This document shows, piece after piece, positions 57,003 to 64,000 of a stretch of 64,000 nt of DNA; within the stretch, counting starts at the first letter, position 1, and every line of letters begins with the position of its first letter. The notes under the pieces are model-generated. The model did no database searches, was not told the DNA's origin, and saw only the letters and a list, made by a program, of their open reading frames with translations. The translations under genes and the position numbers were made by a program. The DNA comes from Escherichia coli (GTDB lineage: Bacteria; Pseudomonadota; Gammaproteobacteria; Enterobacterales; Enterobacteriaceae), in assembly GCF_003991155.1 (NCBI RefSeq), contig NZ_CP031293.1. The stretch is one strand, 5' to 3'.

Positions 57003-57026
57003 CCATTACTTATTGCTAAGTAATGG
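57003..57026. promoter_or_regulatory. Perfect inverted repeat, candidate operator upstream of LysR gene
   Basis: ccattacttattgctaagtaatgg (10-bp arms, 4-bp spacer) 40 bp upstream of LysR start; contains T-N11-A type LysR motif. Confidence 0.4.
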
Positions 57027-57234
57027 CAACCAAAGCAGCAATCAATATTTTATAAAAATCATGTTCGATATTTATAACCTGGTAAGCCTGGCGTGACAAT
57101 TGTCTCAATCAGACAATAATAATCCGAAAAGCAAAACGCCCTTCGGATTATTATGATTCAAGTTAAGTGAAGATTATTAAATTGATAGCAATTATCATAT
57201 CTATGGATATTATGACAAACAATCAACAAAAATT

Positions 57235-58905
57235 TTATTTTTGATTTATAGCATATCCTTCTAAGAATTTTTGCGAAGCTGCAATATCTGGGGTAAAGAC
57301 CCGATCCTGGTCGACAAACGGCACGACTTTTCTGTATTCGGTAAACATTGCTTTGGTGGATTTCCCTAATGCCAGTTGTGGATCGGCCTGCAACCGTAAA
57401 TCGAGAGCCTGTGCGGAATGCATCAGTTCAATGCCATAAATCACGTTCAGATTATCGACAACCTGTTTCAATCTTCTGGCCGCGTGGTCATTATTGGCAC
57501 CGGTATCTTCTATACCTCCGGCAACCGGTTGAATATCGAAAGAAACCGGGTTAGCGAGATCGACATTTTCCGCATGCAGCGCAACAAACGGGATATGTAA
57601 TGAACCGAAGCCATGACCTTTATTACCTGCTGCCGACAGGAAGCGTGACAAACCGGTAAAGTGATCATCTTCAAGATGCAGCGAGCGGCGCATACTGTTA
57701 TGTGAAACATGCACTAACGCCACGGTCAGACGCTGGGTGGCAAGCGCAACCGGTAACGATTCGAAATTCGCCGTCGGGAAGATCCCACCGCTGATTGCCC
57801 CATCTTTAACAAAATATTGCGCGACCTGACTGGAGTCCTGATACGCTTTGTCTGCATTCAGCACGGTTGCCGGGTTGTCATCGGAACTGTTGATCTGCAC
57901 GGTAATGGTATCTTCAGCATCGCGCAACGCGCGCATTGCCTCAGAAATGGTATACACCGTCGTTCTGAACGATAACGGATCCTGCAATGCACGTTTGTCA
58001 TGCTTATGCCATAAATAAGAACCACTTAACGCATCGCGAATCTCTTTAGCGGAATCAGCCAACTGCGGGAAAGGACGCACGGCGATCGACTGCGGCAGTA
58101 CCGGCGCGACATTGCCATTCAACGCTTCCAGACTCATAGCGAAAACCACCGGGCTGACATTCAGCAACTGACGTGCCGAACGAACAGCTTCGATAGCGTA
58201 GGCTGTCCCGACGCTGTTGTTCGATAAAATCGCCAGCATATCTTTACCCTGCGGTACCAGTGGCTTAAGTCCCACTTTCGCCAGCGCGTCACCACCGCTC
58301 ATTTGCACGCCATTTACTCGGGCTTTCCATTCCCCCATCATCACCAGACCAACGTGCGAAGCGAGCATAATATCCGCTGCGCCGATACTTCCCCGCACCG
58401 GAATTAACGGTGTAACGCCGCGATTAATAAATTCGGCATACAACTCGGCAATATAAGGCTGTGCGCCGGTTTGCCCATGCAGCATGGTATTTAAACGTAA
58501 TACCATTGAAAGGCGTGCCAGATAATCCGGTAACATCGGACCAACGCCCGCAGAATGGGCGCGCAGCGCGGCAGCATTAAATTTTTTCGACGCGTCAATC
58601 ACCTCAGGCGTTAAATTTCCTTTGGCATCAAATATGGGCTGATCTTTATTTAGCCCCACGCCCACGGTTAAGCCATAAACAGGCGTACCTGAATGCGCGG
58701 CAGTCATCACCAGATCATAACTTTTTTCCATGCGCTCCATGGCGTTCGACGCGATTTTGACGCCGTTATCACCTAATGCAATTGACCAGGCCTGGTCAAT
58801 GGAAAGATGTTCGCCATCCAGCGTAATGGTTGATTTCGCCATCGCAATGGAGCAAACGCTCCAGAGCACAACGGTGACAGTGACTCTTCGTATCAATCCT
58901 TTCAT
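57235..58905 (-). CDS. Histidine/aromatic ammonia-lyase family homolog with predicted signal peptide and disrupted MIO (Ala-Ser-Gly) motif
   Basis: 556 aa; aligns with HAL throughout (e.g. GEWKARVNG.., LSNNSVGTAYA) but has GSIGAADIMLASH where HAL has GSVGASGDLAPLAH; N-terminus MKGLIRRVTVTVVLWSVCSIAMA-KS is Sec-signal-like; aagga RBS 6 nt upstream. Confidence 0.8.
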   Translation of the reverse strand: MKGLIRRVTVTVVLWSVCSIAMAKSTITLDGEHLSIDQAWSIALGDNGVKIASNAMERMEKSYDLVMTAAHSGTPVYGLTVGVGLNKDQPIFDAKGNLTPEVIDASKKFNAAALRAHSAGVGPMLPDYLARLSMVLRLNTMLHGQTGAQPYIAELYAEFINRGVTPLIPVRGSIGAADIMLASHVGLVMMGEWKARVNGVQMSGGDALAKVGLKPLVPQGKDMLAILSNNSVGTAYAIEAVRSARQLLNVSPVVFAMSLEALNGNVAPVLPQSIAVRPFPQLADSAKEIRDALSGSYLWHKHDKRALQDPLSFRTTVYTISEAMRALRDAEDTITVQINSSDDNPATVLNADKAYQDSSQVAQYFVKDGAISGGIFPTANFESLPVALATQRLTVALVHVSHNSMRRSLHLEDDHFTGLSRFLSAAGNKGHGFGSLHIPFVALHAENVDLANPVSFDIQPVAGGIEDTGANNDHAARRLKQVVDNLNVIYGIELMHSAQALDLRLQADPQLALGKSTKAMFTEYRKVVPFVDQDRVFTPDIAASQKFLEGYAINQK

Positions 58906-58955
58906 TGTGTTTCCTTATCATGATGAGTTTAACAACGGGTTACTGCGACAACGTT

Positions 58956-59906
58956 TTAATTTGTTCTATCTGTTTTCCCCCGCCGGACAATACTGGTCAC
59001 CAGGCGAGCGGCAACTTTCGCAGTTAAATTATCGCGGTCCAGGTCCGGGTTAAGTTCGGCAATATCCGCAGCAATCAACTTCTCGCTACCGGCGATTAAA
59101 TTCACAATGGCTTCAGTAATATTTAACGGCACGCCTAACGGTGATGGAGCAGAAACACCGGGCGCCTGATAACCTGGTAAAACATCGAGACAAATCGTTA
59201 AATAAATGGCGTCACAAGCCTGAATATCTGCCGAGAGCGCATTAGCGATCTCATGCAAACCACGTTCAAATTGCAGAGATTCGTCCAGCCAATAACGCAC
59301 ACCGAGACAATCAGCGCGATCAAATAACGCCTGAGTATTGGCAAAACGACTTATTCCCAGCACGCGATAATGAAACGGTTTGCCATGCTGCGCGTTCCAC
59401 TCTTGCATCTGACGAAACGGCGTACCTGAATTGGCTTGTTCCGCCATCCGTAAATCAAAATGCGCGTCAAGGTTCACAATCAGTAACCGCTGAATATCCG
59501 GACGCGACTGCATAATCCCCTGAAATGTTCCCCACGCCACTTCATGACCGCCCCCCAGAACCACCGGTAAACTGCCGCGCGCAATGGCTGTAGATACGTT
59601 AGCCGCCAGACGATTTTGTGCGGATTCCAGCGCGTGGTCCTCGCTTTGTACATCGCCCATATCGAAAATAGCGCCTTCACAGAGCACTGGCATATTTCCC
59701 AACATGCTGCGCAACGCGCCCGGTCCGCCTGCTGCACCCGCTCGCCCATCATTACGTTGCACTCCGTCATCAACGGCAAAACCAATCAGCGTACAACCGC
59801 CGTGGCTTTGTTCACTAAACGGTTGCACATGCTGATGCCAGCGAGTGCTGATGCCGGTTTCCTGCGAGTCAACACGCCCACTCCACGGCAAAAATGTTTG
59901 CTTCAT
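58956..59906 (-). CDS. hutG: Formimidoylglutamase (arginase family)
   Basis: Start at MKQTFLPWSGRVD (ATG overlapping hutI stop); arginase-fold metal-binding motifs (LDAHFD). Confidence 0.8.
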   Translation of the reverse strand: MKQTFLPWSGRVDSQETGISTRWHQHVQPFSEQSHGGCTLIGFAVDDGVQRNDGRAGAAGGPGALRSMLGNMPVLCEGAIFDMGDVQSEDHALESAQNRLAANVSTAIARGSLPVVLGGGHEVAWGTFQGIMQSRPDIQRLLIVNLDAHFDLRMAEQANSGTPFRQMQEWNAQHGKPFHYRVLGISRFANTQALFDRADCLGVRYWLDESLQFERGLHEIANALSADIQACDAIYLTICLDVLPGYQAPGVSAPSPLGVPLNITEAIVNLIAGSEKLIAADIAELNPDLDRDNLTAKVAARLVTSIVRRGKTDRTN

Positions 59907-61117
59907 TACCAACTCCTTTTTCCGCCGACAATAAGCCCCTGGCAAGGCTGATGCCCAAACCAGTAAGCCAGTTCACGTGGATGATTAAGATCCCAGACCG
60001 CCATATCCGCCCGTAATCCCGGTGCAAGTTCACCCCGGTCAATAAGTCCAAGTGCCTTTGCCGCATTACGCGTAACGCCCTGAACGGCTTCCAGCGGCGT
60101 CATGCGAAACAGCGTACAGGCCATATTGATCATCAATGGCAATGACATATTGGGAGACGTTCCGGGATTATGGTCCGTGGAGATAGCAATCGGCACACCT
60201 GCGGCCCGCAGAGCGACAATCGGCGGCAGATGGGTTTCGCGCAGGAAGTAATAAGCACCGGGAAGCAAAACCGCCACTGTTCCAGCCGCTTTCATGGCGG
60301 CGATCCCCGACTCGCTCAGGTACTCCAGATGATCGCAGGAGAGTGCAGAAAACGCCGCTGCCAGCGCCGCGCCTTGCTGGTCAGAAAGCTGTTCGGCATG
60401 CAGTTTTACAGGTAATCCATAGCTTTGCGCTTTACTGAAAACGCGCCGTACCTGCTCTGGAGTAAAGGCGATGTTTTCACAAAAAGCATCAACTGCATCA
60501 ATCAGCCCCTGTTCATGCAACACGCACATCCAGTCGCAAAGCGCCGTAATGTAATCATCACTGCGCCCGGCAAACTCTGGCGGCAGGCTGTGCGCCCCGA
60601 GAAACGTAGACTGAATATGTAACCCGGTAGATTGCTGCAAGCGGCGGATCACGCGTAAACAACGTGCTTCATCTTCCAGCGTTAAGCCATAACCCGATTT
60701 GATTTCAAGCGTACTGACGCCTTCACGTTGCCAGTTTCGCAGTCGCTGCGCCGCCAGTTCAAACAACTGTGTTTCGCTGGCTGCCCGCGTGGCATTAACC
60801 GTAGATAAGATCCCGCCGCCCGCTCTGGCGATATCTTCATAAGCCACGCCTTGCAACCGCATCTCAAACTCGTTCGCCCTCTGGCCGCCATACACCAGAT
60901 GTGTATGACAATCCACCAGACCGGGTGTCAGCAACTTACCCTGTAGATCGTGTTCCTCTGTAATATCAGCCGTCAGTTCACGGGGGATCTGCGTGGCCTT
61001 CCCAAGCCAGACAATCGAGTCACCACGGCTGATTAATGCCCCCTTTTCAATCACTCCCCAATCGTTAGCGGAAAGCGTCGCCAGCGTGGTATTTCGCCAG
61101 AGCGTTAATGCACTCAT
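59906..61117 (-). CDS. hutI: Imidazolonepropionase
   Basis: Amidohydrolase HxH motif (CHTHLVYGG); ATG at 61117 overlaps hutD stop (ATGA); alternative GTG start at 61150. Confidence 0.85.
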   Translation of the reverse strand: MSALTLWRNTTLATLSANDWGVIEKGALISRGDSIVWLGKATQIPRELTADITEEHDLQGKLLTPGLVDCHTHLVYGGQRANEFEMRLQGVAYEDIARAGGGILSTVNATRAASETQLFELAAQRLRNWQREGVSTLEIKSGYGLTLEDEARCLRVIRRLQQSTGLHIQSTFLGAHSLPPEFAGRSDDYITALCDWMCVLHEQGLIDAVDAFCENIAFTPEQVRRVFSKAQSYGLPVKLHAEQLSDQQGAALAAAFSALSCDHLEYLSESGIAAMKAAGTVAVLLPGAYYFLRETHLPPIVALRAAGVPIAISTDHNPGTSPNMSLPLMINMACTLFRMTPLEAVQGVTRNAAKALGLIDRGELAPGLRADMAVWDLNHPRELAYWFGHQPCQGLIVGGKRSW

Positions 61118-61704
61118 AAGGATTTTTCCCCTCGTAGATAATAAAGCCACCAGCCCGCCAGCTCACCGACGGAGACTTTCTTCCGTGGTACGAAACGCCA
61201 GGGCCTGCCATCAGGTGCAACCAGCCATAACAACATATTTGCCGCGACAAACACCCTTTTCTTGCCGCTTATCCACTCCCCTTCACACAGCGTGAACAGG
61301 CCCGCTTGCGCAAGTGACGGAGGACGCCAGTCAACGGCACTTTGCACCCGCAACATCCCCGCATCGCCTTCCCGCGCCATAACATTCAGATCGCGAACCC
61401 CGCCGCCCAGCAGCTGGCAATCAGGCATAGCTTCTCCAGGGAAAATTAAGGCGGGATCGTGACGTTGCAGGTTGATGATCGAATCGGCAAACGTTAGCTT
61501 CACCCCTTCCCCGTCGAGAATCGCGAGGCCACGAACCACGCCAGGCCACGCTGAAAAAGAGCCATCCTGACTGACATTCGCCATACTGATGCGCAACAAC
61601 CAGTTTTCATCATCGGGCCAGGCAAGCAGCTGTCGGGTAAACCCCCCGCCGTTGCGCCACGGTTGCAGCGGCTTATCCATTGCAGAAATCAGCATCGGTT
61701 CCAT
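61114..61704 (-). CDS. hutD: HutD-family protein
   Basis: 196 aa with WRNGGGFTRQL motif typical of HutD/Ves family. Confidence 0.75.
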   Translation of the reverse strand: MEPMLISAMDKPLQPWRNGGGFTRQLLAWPDDENWLLRISMANVSQDGSFSAWPGVVRGLAILDGEGVKLTFADSIINLQRHDPALIFPGEAMPDCQLLGGGVRDLNVMAREGDAGMLRVQSAVDWRPPSLAQAGLFTLCEGEWISGKKRVFVAANMLLWLVAPDGRPWRFVPRKKVSVGELAGWWLYYLRGEKSL

Positions 61705-61705
61705 A

Positions 61706-63115
61706 TTAAGACTCGGGATAAATCGTATAAGCAGGAACGCAGGTGGTGCGTTTGGCCCACGGGTAATAGATAACGGCGGTAATTAACAAGCCGACAATCC
61801 AGGAGATATCCGCCCCATCCATCAGGACAGAAATGGGTCCCTGATACAGTTTTTGATTCAGGAAGGGGATCTGCACCAACACGCCTACGCCATAGCACGT
61901 CAAAGCGGTTTTGTTATACGCGCCATAACGCCCTTCCGGGGTATAAAGTGCCGGAATATCGGTTTTACCTTGTGAGATGAAGTAGTAGTCGATGAGATTA
62001 ATGGCGCTCCACGGCACAAATACCGTCAACAGCAGCAGAACGAAGTTTTTGAAATTATTCAAAAAATCTGCGCTTGCCGCCAGCGCGACGACCATCGACA
62101 ACAGCACGAACCCTACAACGTAGGCAGCACGAACACGCTGTGAAACCTGACTGCGATTATTAAAGGCGCTGACGGTCGCCAGAATCGACATAAAGCCACC
62201 GTAGGCATTCAAACAGTTCACCGTCAGTTTGCCGCAAACAATCACCGTATAAATCAGAATGGCGAAGGTGGGTCCGGCTAACTCACCCATAAAACCAACC
62301 TGATCCTTCAGGAAGTTAGCACCACAGGCCGCAACAAGCACGCCAAACGTCATGGCACATTGCGCGCCAAGCGTGGTTCCCAGAAAGGTGGCAAAGAAGA
62401 TTGATTTTGCTGGCGTATCAGAGGGTAAATAGCGGGAATAATCAGAGGCGTAAGGGGCAAACGTTAATTGCCATCCGGCAGAGAGAGCAATCGTTAATAA
62501 AAAGACCGACAGACTAAATGGCTTTTGACCAAATGCCGCAGCCACATCGTAGTGACCGCTAAGTTGAGTGGCCAGGTAAATAAACCCCAGAATACTTAAT
62601 ATCCCTGCAACACGGCCAACGACGTGAATAAGTTTATAACCGACCAATGCGATCATCGCGGTCAGCATGCCGAAAATAATAATTCCGGTCGATGCCGATT
62701 CGAAACCAAATATCCGGTTAATCGCCTGACCGGATAATACTGTACCCGTCGCGGCAAATCCAAGGTACATAATAATCACCATCAGTAACGGTAGCGCCGC
62801 TCCTTTAACGCCAAAGCGGATACGACTGGAGATCATCTGGGGTAATCCCAGCTTTGCCCCCTGCGACGAGTGCAATGCCATTACTGCACCACCAATAATA
62901 TTACCGATTAATAAACCAATTATTGCTGACATGGCTTCGGAGCCAAAAATAATCGCTAACGCGCCGTCCACCACAGCGGTAATTTGTAAGTTAGCACTTA
63001 GCCATAAAGTAAACTGACTGGATGGCGAGCCGTGGCGAGCAGACTCAGGAACGGCGTTAATCGTATTTGATTCTAATACTGGCTTTTTACTGCGGATAGG
63101 GCTGCTTGATTCCAT
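61706..63115 (-). CDS. NCS1-family (nucleobase/hydantoin-type cation symporter) permease
   Basis: 469 aa from ATG 63115 preceded by aggag RBS; ORF track TTG start at 63160 rejected. Confidence 0.8.
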   Translation of the reverse strand: MESSSPIRSKKPVLESNTINAVPESARHGSPSSQFTLWLSANLQITAVVDGALAIIFGSEAMSAIIGLLIGNIIGGAVMALHSSQGAKLGLPQMISSRIRFGVKGAALPLLMVIIMYLGFAATGTVLSGQAINRIFGFESASTGIIIFGMLTAMIALVGYKLIHVVGRVAGILSILGFIYLATQLSGHYDVAAAFGQKPFSLSVFLLTIALSAGWQLTFAPYASDYSRYLPSDTPAKSIFFATFLGTTLGAQCAMTFGVLVAACGANFLKDQVGFMGELAGPTFAILIYTVIVCGKLTVNCLNAYGGFMSILATVSAFNNRSQVSQRVRAAYVVGFVLLSMVVALAASADFLNNFKNFVLLLLTVFVPWSAINLIDYYFISQGKTDIPALYTPEGRYGAYNKTALTCYGVGVLVQIPFLNQKLYQGPISVLMDGADISWIVGLLITAVIYYPWAKRTTCVPAYTIYPES

Positions 63116-63278
63116 GAAAAAGTCTCCTGCAAAATGAGAGGTCATTTTTTGAAACAGCAATAGAGGGTCGGGAGATATTTCTCTCGACGATGTAAAAATA
63201 TTTTTTGATAATTATTGTTATACAGGCGAATTATTCTCCGCCTGTATTAGCGCAAATATTAAATGACGGCGTTAATAT

Positions 63279-64000
63279 TTAGCGAATCATCGGTAATTTC
63301 AGACCATAGTTTTTGGCACATTCAATTGCCGCTTCATAACCCGCATCCGCATGACGCATAACCCCGGACGCACAGTCATTCACCAGCACACGCGCCAGAC
63401 GTTTTTCGGCTTCTTCGCTACCATCGGCAACAATAACCATCCCGGCGTGTTGTGAATACCCCATCCCGACGCCGCCGCCATGATGCAGGGATACCCACGT
63501 TGCTCCCCCTGCAGTGTTGAGCAAACCGTTGAGCAACGGCCAGTCAGAAACCGCATCACTGCCATCAAGCATGCTTTCGGTTTCGCGGTTCGGGCTGGCG
63601 ACAGAACCGGTATCAAGATGATCGCGCCCAATCACAATCGGTGCTTTTAGTTCACCGTTGCGCACCATTTCGTTGAATGCCAGCCCCGCCAGGTGACGCT
63701 CACCAAGCCCCAGCCAGCAAATACGTGAAGGAAGTCCCTGGAAGGCAATGCGCTCGCGCGCCATATCCAGCCAGCGATGCGTCAGTACGTTATTGGGGAA
63801 CAACTCTTTAATTTTGGCATCAGTTTTATAGATATCTTCCGGGTCGCCAGACAGCGCCACCCAACGGAATGGACCTTTGCCTTCACAAAACATTGGACGA
63901 ATATAAGCCGGAACAAAGCCCGGGAAATCAAAGGCATTTTGCAGACCTTCGTTGAAGGCCACCTGGCGGATGTTGTTGCCATAATCGACAACCGGGATCC
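63279..64000 (-). CDS. hutU: Urocanate hydratase (urocanase), C-terminal part; 5' end beyond window
   Basis: Translation ..[26 protein letters not shown].. matches urocanase C-terminal region; reading frame continues to window end. Confidence 0.85.
   Translation of the reverse strand, partial: IPVVDYGNNIRQVAFNEGLQNAFDFPGFVPAYIRPMFCEGKGPFRWVALSGDPEDIYKTDAKIKELFPNNVLTHRWLDMARERIAFQGLPSRICWLGLGERHLAGLAFNEMVRNGELKAPIVIGRDHLDTGSVASPNRETESMLDGSDAVSDWPLLNGLLNTAGGATWVSLHHGGGVGMGYSQHAGMVIVADGSEEAEKRLARVLVNDCASGVMRHADAGYEAAIECAKNYGLKLPMIR

Overview
This window is an Escherichia coli-type chromosomal segment (about 17 min on the K-12 map) running from uvrB through the bio, ybh, mod, gal, gpmA/aroG, zitB/pnuC/nadA, lysT-valT tRNA, tol-pal and cydABX loci. 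From about 43.2 kb to the window end it diverges into an accessory region (K-12 carries mngRAB upstream of cydA at this position, from memory). That region holds three modules: (1) an AT-rich pair of unrecognised ORFs; (2) a translationally coupled operon for the B12-dependent methylaspartate route of glutamate catabolism (glutamate mutase S/L/E, methylaspartate ammonia-lyase), extended by a DUF1446/DUF4387-like pair, a dicarboxylate/amino-acid symporter, a class I fumarase-family hydratase and a cob(I)alamin adenosyltransferase; (3) a hut-like cluster (urocanase, NCS1 permease, HutD, HutI, HutG) ending in a histidine-ammonia-lyase homolog with a predicted signal peptide and a disrupted Ala-Ser-Gly (MIO) motif, plus a LysR regulator. 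The most interesting candidates are the secreted MIO-less lyase paralog and the DUF pair coupled to the methylaspartase operon. No CRISPR array, transposase, integrase or prophage genes were seen. All identifications rest on reading the supplied translations and sequence against remembered protein families and operator consensus sequences; no database search or GC computation was run, and regulatory-site coordinates are approximate.
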